The notes below the pieces were generated by a model, which saw nothing but the letters and a program-made list of their open reading frames with translations, was not told the origin of the DNA and searched no databases. The position numbers and the translations under genes were made by a program. 64,000 nucleotides of DNA from Verrucomicrobiales bacterium (lineage in GTDB: Bacteria > Verrucomicrobiota > Verrucomicrobiia > Limisphaerales > UBA11358), in NCBI GenBank assembly GCA_028712475.1, contig JAQTQB010000001.1:458180-522179 (forward strand), written 5' to 3'. Position 1 is the first letter of the stretch, and each line of letters starts with the position of its first letter. This document shows, one piece after another, positions 55,095-63,278 of the stretch.

Positions 55095-56396
55095 ATGCTA
55101 TTGACCACTGATCCATTGACCGCCGGGACGGATGCCGTTGTCGAGACCATCGAGCCGGCACCGGCGCCGAAACGCCGTGGCACGTTGCTGATTGTGGATG
55201 ACGAGGACGGGCCGCGCCAGTCGTTGCGGGTGATTTTCAAGGATGATTACGACCTGCTCATGGCCGAGGACGGGCCGACGGCCATCGAGCTGGTGCAGAG
55301 CAATGACATTGATGTGGCGGTGCTGGACATCCGCATGGCCGGCATGTCGGGCATCGAAGTTCTGGAGCGGCTCAAATATGTGAAGCCGGACATCGAGGCG
55401 ATCATGATGACGGCGTTTGAGACGACCGACACGATCCGGCAGGCGTTGCGGCTGCGCGCGTGCGATTACATCAACAAGCCGTTCGATCTCGCGACGATGC
55501 GCGCCGCCGTCAGCAAGGCGATGCAACGCCGCACCCTTGAAAGCGAAATCAACAGCAGCGCGGAAAAAGTCCAGGAGCTGCTCGCCGAACTGCAAAACCA
55601 GCGCATCGAGGAGCAGATCGCCAAGAAGCGCGGCGACATTTACGCAAGCATCATCCATGACATCAACGGCCCGCTCACGGTCATCTCCGGCTTCGTGCAG
55701 GTGTTGAACCAGCGGCTCAACCGCACCGCGCGGATGGAGGTGGAGGATTTGGAATTCGTCAAGCACCGCCTGAACATCGTCACGCGGCAGACCACGAACT
55801 GCATCGAGATTTCCCGGCGTTACCTGGATATTTTGCGGAACAAGCCCGGCCATCAAAGTGTGGCGCGCGTCAGCGTCAACCAGTTGCTCAAAGACCTGGA
55901 GCCGCATTTGCGAGTGCATCCAAGCTTGCACGAAAACGAATTCAACATAACCCCGTTCAGCGATGATGTCGGCGTCAAGGTCAACAGCACGGACGTGATC
56001 CAGATTTTGCAGAACCTGGCGGTCAACGCCTTTCAATGCTCGCCACAGCCGCATCGCGTGGAAATTGGCGGCGAAGTGCTGCGTGCGGCGCTGGATTTGA
56101 CGATGTTCAAGGACGGCCCAAACGACCGGATGCTCAACATCGAGAGCATGGAAAACACCGCGCCCCTCGTGAAATTCTCGGTGCGCGACACCGGCCCCGG
56201 CATTCCGTTGGAAGTGCTGCCGAAAATTTTCCAGGCCTACTTCACCACTAAAGGCCCGCGCGAAGGAACAGGGCTGGGACTCAACATTGTCCAGCGGCTC
56301 ATTCGGGAAGGCAACGGCGCGCTGCACTGTCACACACAACCCGGCGAAGGCACGACCTTCACGGTTTATCTGCCGGGGGCGGAACTGGCCAAGTGA
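55095..56396 (+). CDS. Hybrid response-regulator receiver / histidine kinase
   Basis: REC: LLIVDDEDGPRQSL...DVAVLDIRMAGMSGIEVL. H-box SIIHDINGPLTVISGF. The ATPase domain has N, G1 (RDTGPGI) and G2 (GTGLGLNIV) boxes. Confidence 0.85.
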   Translation: MLLTTDPLTAGTDAVVETIEPAPAPKRRGTLLIVDDEDGPRQSLRVIFKDDYDLLMAEDGPTAIELVQSNDIDVAVLDIRMAGMSGIEVLERLKYVKPDIEAIMMTAFETTDTIRQALRLRACDYINKPFDLATMRAAVSKAMQRRTLESEINSSAEKVQELLAELQNQRIEEQIAKKRGDIYASIIHDINGPLTVISGFVQVLNQRLNRTARMEVEDLEFVKHRLNIVTRQTTNCIEISRRYLDILRNKPGHQSVARVSVNQLLKDLEPHLRVHPSLHENEFNITPFSDDVGVKVNSTDVIQILQNLAVNAFQCSPQPHRVEIGGEVLRAALDLTMFKDGPNDRMLNIESMENTAPLVKFSVRDTGPGIPLEVLPKIFQAYFTTKGPREGTGLGLNIVQRLIREGNGALHCHTQPGEGTTFTVYLPGAELAK

Positions 56397-56403
56397 CCGG
56401 AAA

Positions 56404-56805
56404 TTATTTTTCCAGCACGGACTTCAGCGTCCTCAAATCCTGCTCCACCAAGCCAATGTCTTCGGCGAATTTTTCCGGCGACATGAACGGCTGACGGAAC
56501 AACGTAAAAACCACTTCGCTGCCGGAACCGTTTGGCAGGACACGCATGGGAACGAAAATCTCCACACCCGGCGCGGGCGACACAAAATGGTCGGCGACGC
56601 GGAAAGCATTTGGCGGGACGAAACGCACTTTCATCTCGCCGCCGGAAGTTTGCATGACCCAGTCCGAACCCGCCTGGCGGATGGATTTGCAAAACGCCGT
56701 CGCCCACCGCGGCAGGTTGGCGGGATTGGAAATGAACTGATACACCGCATCCGCCTCGCGGGCGATGGACACGGTCAGGGTGCGGGATTCAAAGGTAGTG
56801 TTCAT
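56404..56805 (-). CDS. SRPBCC (START/Bet v1-like) family protein
   Basis: 133 aa. Beta-rich core followed by a C-terminal helix, and a VYQFISNPANLPRWATAF N-terminal motif typical of the polyketide-cyclase/AHSA1 fold. Confidence 0.6.
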   Translation of the reverse strand: MNTTFESRTLTVSIAREADAVYQFISNPANLPRWATAFCKSIRQAGSDWVMQTSGGEMKVRFVPPNAFRVADHFVSPAPGVEIFVPMRVLPNGSGSEVVFTLFRQPFMSPEKFAEDIGLVEQDLRTLKSVLEK

Positions 56806-56821
56806 GGTTGTTCCGACGCAA

Positions 56822-57412
56822 TCAACCTTCCGGGGTGTCCAACAATTCCTGCAAGCGCGATCTTAAAGTTGCCGGCACTTTGTCCAGCCAGCTTGCATCC
56901 ACCAAGCCCACGTCCATCAGGTCGCGCAGATGCACGCGGTCCTTGTCGCGGAACGAGGTGAGCTTCATCCGCACCAGCGCGTCGAGGGACAGCAGGCGGA
57001 AGGTTTCCGTGGCCTCGGATTCGGAAACGTCCGGCACGGGTGCGGCGTAATCAGCACGGACTTTTTCGGCGGCAAAAACAATGTGAACCGCGTCGCGCGC
57101 CTTCGCGTCCGGCCCGTCGAGAAACATGTCAATGCTCGCCGCGTGGCGATAAACAAAGCCGGCTTGCTCCAAAGCTGTGCGGGCAGCGGGAAAATCGGCG
57201 CGGCGCAAAACAATGTCCACATCCTGCGTGTTGCGCACCGCCGCCTCGTCCACGCGCGAAACCCAGGCGGCAACGGCGTTGCCGCCCGCCACGGCGTAAG
57301 GGACGCGCGCGACTTCCAAAGCCTGCGCCGCGCGCAGCAGCCGTCGCCGGACATTTTCCACGGCATTGCTCATGCGTTCCCAGGAAACTTCGGCATAGGT
57401 GGCGACAGCCAT
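56822..57412 (-). CDS. Pol-beta-fold nucleotidyltransferase family protein
   Basis: AVAGGNAVAAWVSRVDEAAVRNTQDVDIVL fits the GG..(n)..DxD minimal NTase signature. No partner HEPN-like gene is seen. Confidence 0.55.
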   Translation of the reverse strand: MAVATYAEVSWERMSNAVENVRRRLLRAAQALEVARVPYAVAGGNAVAAWVSRVDEAAVRNTQDVDIVLRRADFPAARTALEQAGFVYRHAASIDMFLDGPDAKARDAVHIVFAAEKVRADYAAPVPDVSESEATETFRLLSLDALVRMKLTSFRDKDRVHLRDLMDVGLVDASWLDKVPATLRSRLQELLDTPEG

Positions 57413-57422
57413 AGTTGCATTT

Positions 57423-58796
57423 TTAATTCCCCAAATACTCGCGCGGGTCGGTCACCTTGCCGGTCAAGGCGCTCGCGGCCACCGTCATCGGCGACGCGAG
57501 GAACACCTGCGATTCCTTGTCGCCCATGCGGCCGGGGAAATTGCGGTTCGTCGCGCTGATGCACTTGATGCCGGATTTATTGATGCGGCCAAATGTGTCC
57601 ACCGGCCCACCGAGACACGCGGCGCAGCCGGCATTCTCCGTCATCTGCACACCGGCGTTCACCAGCACGTCCCAGATGGTCGTGTTGCCCCAATATGTGG
57701 ACTGCAAATCGCGCACGATGTCCGGCGTCGCGGGCACGCCGAATGTATCAATGACCACTTTCTTGCCGCGCAGGATGTGGGCGAACTCCACGAAGTCGCT
57801 CGTCTTGCCACCGGTGCAGGAACCGACGTAGGCGCGATCAAGCTTAACATCCATGTCCTTCGCTTTTTTGCGCTGGCCCGGATCAGGATGACAGGCAACC
57901 GTGGGTTCGAGCTTGTTCAAATCCACGACGAGTTCGTAAACGAATTTCTCGTCCTTGTCGCGCGCGACCGGTTCGTAGGTGGATTTTGTTCCATTCAATT
58001 TCACTCGGGCATCCACATATTCCGCCGTGCGCGAATCGAATTCAAACATCGCATTCTTGCCGCCGGCCTCGATGGCCATGTTGGCGATGGTCATGCGATC
58101 ATCAATGGACAAATTCAATGCGCCTTCGCCGTCGAACTGCATTGCGCGATACGTCGCGCCGTCGAAACCAATCTCGCCGATGCAATGTAAAATAATGTCC
58201 TTCGCCATGACGCCGGGCTGGAGTTTGCCTTCGAGCCGGAAGTGCATCGTTTCGGGAACCTTGATGAGCAATTTGCCCGTGCCCATGACAAAACCCGCGT
58301 CGGTGTTGCCGATGCCGGTGGCGAACTGGTTGAACGCGCCCGCCATGCAGGTGTGCGAGTCGGTGCCGAACAAAATTTCGCCGGGCCGCGTGTGGCCTTT
58401 CGCGGGCAGCGCGGTGTGGCAGACGCCCGCGTAGCGCGAACCGTATTGGCGCTTCATGTTGCCCTTGGCGGCGTCGAAGACCCAATGGCCGTTCGAGTCG
58501 TCAATCACGTCGTAGAAATATTCGATGCCCTGCTCGCGCGAAAAATCGCGGAGGATGTCCACGTTCCGGTTGGACTTCGAGTCGGCGGTGAAGATGTAAT
58601 GGTCGGGGATGATGACGATCTTGTTTTTGTCCCAGACTTTCGCGTCCTTGCCGAATTCACGTTTGAACACGCCGATGGTGCCCGGCCCGCAGACGTCGTG
58701 CGTCATCAGCACGTCCGCGTTCACCCAGATGTTGTCGCCGGACTGGACTTTGGCCTTGCCTGCCGCGCGCGCGAGAATTTTTTCCGTCAACGTCAT
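57423..58796 (-). CDS. Aconitase-family dehydratase large subunit (LeuC/HacA-like)
   Basis: MTLTEKILARAAG...VLMTHDVCGP, TDSHTCMAGA, VGSCTGGK and CAACLGGP Fe-S ligand regions. Confidence 0.85.
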   Translation of the reverse strand: MTLTEKILARAAGKAKVQSGDNIWVNADVLMTHDVCGPGTIGVFKREFGKDAKVWDKNKIVIIPDHYIFTADSKSNRNVDILRDFSREQGIEYFYDVIDDSNGHWVFDAAKGNMKRQYGSRYAGVCHTALPAKGHTRPGEILFGTDSHTCMAGAFNQFATGIGNTDAGFVMGTGKLLIKVPETMHFRLEGKLQPGVMAKDIILHCIGEIGFDGATYRAMQFDGEGALNLSIDDRMTIANMAIEAGGKNAMFEFDSRTAEYVDARVKLNGTKSTYEPVARDKDEKFVYELVVDLNKLEPTVACHPDPGQRKKAKDMDVKLDRAYVGSCTGGKTSDFVEFAHILRGKKVVIDTFGVPATPDIVRDLQSTYWGNTTIWDVLVNAGVQMTENAGCAACLGGPVDTFGRINKSGIKCISATNRNFPGRMGDKESQVFLASPMTVAASALTGKVTDPREYLGN

Positions 58797-58897
58797 AGTC
58801 GAAAGAAAGTAGCCGATGCACTGGCTGACTTCAACTGAACAAAAGTAAAAACGCAGTGGACATCCGCCGTCGTTTCGCTAGATTTGGCCGCACTCAT

Positions 58898-59161
58898 ATG
58901 AAATGTGACACGACAAACACCATTCTGACTTTTGTGCTGGGCGTGCTGGCGGTGGCCGGTGTGATTTTTGCCCTGCAAACCATTTTCCTCACGCGCGAAT
59001 TCCGGTCGCTGACCGTGCAGGCGACCATCGCCAACAACAGCTTCATTCAAGTGCAGGCTCTCGCGAATGACGTGGCCGCCTACAACCAGAAAAACCCGAA
59101 CCCCGAGCTCACCAAGCTCCTGGCAGCCGCGCAGGCCGGCCCGGCACCTGCTAAAAAATAA
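58898..59161 (+). CDS. Small single-TM hypothetical protein
   Basis: MKCDTTNTILTFVLGVLAVAGVIFAL, a helical tail, and a ..PAPAKK end. Resembles the next ORF in layout. Confidence 0.45.
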   Translation: MKCDTTNTILTFVLGVLAVAGVIFALQTIFLTREFRSLTVQATIANNSFIQVQALANDVAAYNQKNPNPELTKLLAAAQAGPAPAKK

Positions 59162-59173
59162 TATTTATCCGCC

Positions 59174-59497
59174 ATGAACGAAATTCCTTCGCAAACCGAA
59201 ATCTCGGATCAAATCGCCGCGCTGCGCCGACAGACTTTCACCTTGCTGCTCGCGCTCATCATCGTCAGCGGCACGCTCACGGTTTTCCTGTATCGGCAGG
59301 CCAGCCTGACGCGCCGGGACATCGCGGCCGTCAAACCGCAGGCCACGCAAATCATCCAGGCATTCACGCAAAACGGCCCGAACATCCAGAATTTTGTCAA
59401 GGAACTCGCGGCTTTTGGCGTGACGCATCCCGACTTCCAGCCGATCCTGAAAAAATACGGGATTGCTCCGACAAACGCCGCTGCGCCCAAAAAATAA
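59174..59497 (+). CDS. Small single-TM hypothetical protein (paralogue-like of 58898-59161)
   Basis: TFTLLLALIIVSGTLTVFLY TM segment and a ..NAAAPKK end. Confidence 0.5.
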   Translation: MNEIPSQTEISDQIAALRRQTFTLLLALIIVSGTLTVFLYRQASLTRRDIAAVKPQATQIIQAFTQNGPNIQNFVKELAAFGVTHPDFQPILKKYGIAPTNAAAPKK

Positions 59498-59510
59498 CCG
59501 CCTTGATTTC

Positions 59511-59555
59511 ACGCCGCCGTTCCGGTGAAAACCAGACGACGGCGTTTTCTTTTTC
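59511..59555 (+). terminator. Rho-independent terminator
   Basis: ACGCCGCCGT-15 nt-ACGACGGCGT (one mismatch), followed by TTTTCTTTTT. Confidence 0.6.
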
Positions 59556-59562
59556 AATCCCA

Positions 59563-60939
59563 TCACTTCTGCGTGATGTTCCAGTTGGAATCCTGCTTTA
59601 AGTAAACCGTCTGGGTGGGGAACGCGAAGTTGATGCCCTCGGCGTCAAACCGTTCCTTGATGGCCAGATTGATTTCCTGCATCCCCGCCAGATATGCCTT
59701 TGCGTCAGTGGATCCCCACCAGTGGACCACCTGGATGTTCAAGGCCGAATCCGCGAATTTGTTGAAGTTCACCAGCAAATCCGTCGTTTGCGGATGCGCC
59801 TTGTAAATCTCTTCCAAAATCGCCAGCGCGCGTCTTACTTTTGCGGCCGGGGTGTCGTAGATGATGCCGATGTTCATGACCGTTTTGATGTTGGGCCGGC
59901 TGGTCACGTTGGTGAGCGTGGCGTTGCCCATCGTCTTGTTGGGGATGGTCACGAGATGCCCGTCAAGATTGCGGATTCTGGTGCTGCGCAGACCGATGGT
60001 CTCCACCGTGCCGTCCACGCTGTCGAGGGTGATGCGGTCGCCGATGCGGAACGGCTTGTCCAGGAGGATGGCCACTGCGCCGAACAGATTTGCCAGCGTG
60101 TCCTGCGCCGCAAGGCCGACTGCCAGGCCGCCGATGGACAGCGACGCGATGGCCGCCGTGATGTTCACCCCGATGTTGGACAGCGTCACCAACGTCGCCA
60201 CCACCACCACAAACGCCTTCATTGTCTTGCGGATGATGGGGAAAATCTGTTCGCGGAATTGCGGATCCGAATCCGCCGCCGCCCGCAGATGCCAGTAGCC
60301 CATCAGCAAATCCACCAGCTTCATCACGGCGTAGGTGATCGTGATGGCGACGATTACGGTGAATCCCTTGGTCAATACATTCTGAACCGTGGGCGGCCAC
60401 TCAAAAACATCCAGCCCGATGCGCAGAAAAATCACGAACGAAATGATTTTCACCGGCCCGTTCAGCAACGTCAGCAGCAGGTCATCCAGTTTGGATTCCG
60501 TCCTTTCCGCCCATTTTTTGAGCCAGACCCGCGTCAGGTAATCGAGAAACTTCGAGACGTAAAAGGCGAGGAAGATGTAAACCAGCGAGAAAATATATTT
60601 CCACAGTTCATTCCCCCAAAAGTGATAGCGCAGAAACGGCCAGTCCTGCGCCAGGCGTTTGATCCACTCCGGCGATGCAAATTCCTTCACCAGGGCGGAC
60701 TTGTCCATCGGCGACACATTGTTGGTGCCACCCGGATTGGCTGTCATCGAACTTAATCCTGCCGCCGCCTCGGTTGTAACATTCGTTTCTGCCGCCGACT
60801 GCCAGACCGACCAGACCAAAATTAACAGCAGCAAGACCATCAACGAACAGAACACATTTTGAAAACTCTTCATCATACTCCTTTTGATTAACGAACCGAA
60901 GCTGCCGGAACAAGCCCGAATCTCTGTGCGATTAAACAT
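59563..60939 (-). CDS. Mechanosensitive ion channel family protein (MscS-like)
   Basis: FRIGDRITLDSVDGTVETIGLRSTRIRNLDGHLVTIPNKTM preceded by TM helices. The start is possibly at MMKSF (60876). Confidence 0.85.
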   Translation of the reverse strand: MFNRTEIRACSGSFGSLIKRSMMKSFQNVFCSLMVLLLLILVWSVWQSAAETNVTTEAAAGLSSMTANPGGTNNVSPMDKSALVKEFASPEWIKRLAQDWPFLRYHFWGNELWKYIFSLVYIFLAFYVSKFLDYLTRVWLKKWAERTESKLDDLLLTLLNGPVKIISFVIFLRIGLDVFEWPPTVQNVLTKGFTVIVAITITYAVMKLVDLLMGYWHLRAAADSDPQFREQIFPIIRKTMKAFVVVVATLVTLSNIGVNITAAIASLSIGGLAVGLAAQDTLANLFGAVAILLDKPFRIGDRITLDSVDGTVETIGLRSTRIRNLDGHLVTIPNKTMGNATLTNVTSRPNIKTVMNIGIIYDTPAAKVRRALAILEEIYKAHPQTTDLLVNFNKFADSALNIQVVHWWGSTDAKAYLAGMQEINLAIKERFDAEGINFAFPTQTVYLKQDSNWNITQK

Positions 60940-60954
60940 TTCGCGCCCAACAGA

Positions 60955-61158
60955 TCAACCGCCCGCGACAATCTTCACGATTTCCAGCCTGTCCCCGGCC
61001 TTAAGCGTGCGCCCGGAAAATTCCGACGGCGCGACCGCCTCGCCATTGTGTTCCACCACGACGCTGCGCGGCAAAAGTTTTTGCGCGACCAAAAACTCCT
61101 CAATCGAGCAAGGTAGCTTCGCCGCGATTGGTTTTCCGTTGGCGATGATCTCGTTCAT
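60955..61158 (-). CDS. thiS: ThiS-type sulfur-carrier (beta-grasp) protein with a C-terminal GG
   Basis: 67 aa. ..VVVEHNGEAVAPSEFSGRTLKAGDRLEIVKIVAGG aligns by eye with the ThiS pattern (..N..IV.R......L..GD.IEIV..VGGG). Confidence 0.8.
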   Translation of the reverse strand: MNEIIANGKPIAAKLPCSIEEFLVAQKLLPRSVVVEHNGEAVAPSEFSGRTLKAGDRLEIVKIVAGG

Positions 61159-62231
61159 GGCGGCGACTTTTCCTCTCCGAGCTTCAACGTCACCCGGTCG
61201 GGCGATCCGTTCAGTTCCACCATCACGGCGGCGTCCCGGATCTCCCGGCAGCGCACCAGCACTGTTTTGTTTTTCAGTTTGATCTGTTTCTGGTCGCCCG
61301 CCGCGAACGCCACGCCGTTGATGACCGCCTGACGGTCTTTGCCGATGGTGAGCAGCCCGCTGAACTTGAGCGCTTGCGGCAACACCGGCGGGACATAGGA
61401 AAACGACGCTGACGCTGGCGGCGAAGCCCGGACGGAAAAGCCCGTGTCTTCTTCAATCGTCTCCGTCTTGCCATTCTTCACCCAGTCCAGCACATAATCC
61501 GTGTCGTATCGCTTTTCAATCTCCACCAGCGTTTTGATTTTCCCGTGGGTGTAGGGATTTTCCAGGATTCTTTTCTGCATCTCCGGCAGATTTTGTTTTT
61601 GCATGAGCTTGTAGGCCGTCAGTTCGCAGATCGCCTCGACCGTGTCGCCGGCAATCACACGGTTGCTGGGGCAGTTTTCATATATCCACAGATGCGTGTA
61701 TTCATGCGCGGCGGTGGAAATCATCTCGTTGCGCAACTGCCCGCTCAACATCACCACCTCGTGGGTGCATTGGCCGCCCGGCGTCCGGCGCGTGCTGGCG
61801 AAACCGTATTTATCCAGGCCGTTATCGCGGCCCTTCTCTGACCAATAATCCACGTCGAACATGTTCACCGTCACGTCCGGGTATTTGAGCATGAAACGCC
61901 GCCCATACAGATCCGTCGCGTCCTGACGCGCGTTCTCGAAAATTTCCCGGGCGGCATCCACATCCAGCACCGCATTCGTTTTATCGAACTTGCAGATGAA
62001 CCGTCCGTCACCCGTCTTGACCGAGCCGTCGCCGTCGCGGACGGGCAGGCCGCAGAGGGAGCAGCGGTTTTCCAGCTTGTGACAACCATCGCAGACCGGG
62101 CCGCGCGGATGCAGCCAGATTTGGCCATACAACGGCCCCTTGCCGCAAACGATGCAGAAATAGTTCGTCTCCCCGGCGGCCGCCGCGCCGGCCGCCGCGA
62201 ACAAAAATAAAATGATCGCAAGCTGGCGCAT
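61155..62231 (-). CDS. Secreted LIM-like zinc-finger / DA1-like zinc metallopeptidase
   Basis: Signal peptide. Cys-rich CIVCGKGPLYG..CDGCHKLENRCSLCGLPV..FICKFD. HExxH in AAHEYTHLW, followed by EAICELTAYKL (compare DA1 HEMMHAW ... EGICQV). ATGA overlap with thiS. Confidence 0.6.
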   Translation of the reverse strand: MRQLAIILFLFAAAGAAAAGETNYFCIVCGKGPLYGQIWLHPRGPVCDGCHKLENRCSLCGLPVRDGDGSVKTGDGRFICKFDKTNAVLDVDAAREIFENARQDATDLYGRRFMLKYPDVTVNMFDVDYWSEKGRDNGLDKYGFASTRRTPGGQCTHEVVMLSGQLRNEMISTAAHEYTHLWIYENCPSNRVIAGDTVEAICELTAYKLMQKQNLPEMQKRILENPYTHGKIKTLVEIEKRYDTDYVLDWVKNGKTETIEEDTGFSVRASPPASASFSYVPPVLPQALKFSGLLTIGKDRQAVINGVAFAAGDQKQIKLKNKTVLVRCREIRDAAVMVELNGSPDRVTLKLGEEKSPP

Positions 62232-62243
62232 GGCAACACAACT

Positions 62244-63020
62244 TCAAACCTGTTCGCCAGCGGCAGGCTTTTCGTCTTTTCTTTTGAGAGGCAGCGGCAC
62301 ATTTTGACCGGGCACTCCAAAAACAACCGTGTTCCCAGAACTTTCGCCTATGGACTGAAGCACGCGCAACTGCATGAGTGCGGGATTTTCTTCCACCATT
62401 TTTGCTGCGTTCGCCAGGTTTCGGAGTGCTGCCGTTTCTCCACGCGCCCTTTCCAAAGATGCCAAGCCTTCCTTCTGTGCCTTCACAACTTGGGAAAAGA
62501 TTTTCTTCAGCTCTCCGGGGAATGTGATGTCTTTGACGCTGACACCGTGCAACTTCAAACCATAACGACCGACTTTTCCTTCTGTCGCCGCCAAGAGTTG
62601 CTTGGAAAGTTCCGCGCGCTTTTCAAAAAGTTCGTCAACTTTTGCTGCGCTGACGATGTCGCGCAGTGCCATCTGCAACTCCATGTATAGAGCTTCTTGG
62701 AAATTTTCCACTTGGTTTACCGCCGTCGCCGGATCGCTGACTTCATACGCCGATGTGAGACTGATTTTTAAAGCCACACTGTCGGCACTCAAAACTTCCT
62801 GCCCCGGAACAGTGATGGTTTTAAGCCGCCCGTCCACGACTTTGATTTCAGCCGATTGTCGGAAATACCAATGCGCGCCCGGATCAAGCACCTTGATAAA
62901 TTTCCCGCTCCGATAAAGCAGGCCGCGCTGGTATTCAAGAACGATTGCACGTCTAAAGAAAATTTTGAAGACAATTACGACAACAACGACGGTGAAGACT
63001 GTGATGTAGGCTATTTGCAT
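62244..63020 (-). CDS. SPFH/Band 7 (stomatin/slipin-like) protein
   Basis: N-terminal TM, then VLEYQRGLLYRSGKF..., ..VKDITFPGELKKIF.. and ERARGETAALRNLANAA. Confidence 0.85.
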   Translation of the reverse strand: MQIAYITVFTVVVVVIVFKIFFRRAIVLEYQRGLLYRSGKFIKVLDPGAHWYFRQSAEIKVVDGRLKTITVPGQEVLSADSVALKISLTSAYEVSDPATAVNQVENFQEALYMELQMALRDIVSAAKVDELFEKRAELSKQLLAATEGKVGRYGLKLHGVSVKDITFPGELKKIFSQVVKAQKEGLASLERARGETAALRNLANAAKMVEENPALMQLRVLQSIGESSGNTVVFGVPGQNVPLPLKRKDEKPAAGEQV

Positions 63021-63278
63021 AATTTACCTATTAAATTTACCTGAATCAAAGAGCCACAAGTTGCTGGCGGGAGTCTTAACCCGCATGGCCATCAGCTTGC
63101 TGCGTTGCCGCCGACCCTTTGAGACAGGCGTTAATTGGGCTTTGAACCCAGCGTGTTTCCACGTTCCCAGTTTGGCAAGCAAACGCGCAGAACCAGTTTG
63201 AAAACTTCGCGCTGGCTGCTTTACGCCCGCCGAGGTTAGGGTATGGCAGGCTTTTACTTATTAGCAACACCGAACATT

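Noticed and set aside
56404-57412. MNT-HEPN or AbiE-type toxin-antitoxin pair
   Set aside because: The partner protein shows an SRPBCC-like beta-rich pattern with no Rx4-6H HEPN motif and no AbiEi-like HTH, so only the NTase half fits.
60939-63278. TPP riboswitch controlling thiS or the SPFH operon
   Set aside because: No CUGAGA / ACCUGAUCUGGAUAAUGCCAGCG-like elements were found on the minus strand in the spacers. Any riboswitch is more likely upstream of thiH, outside the window.
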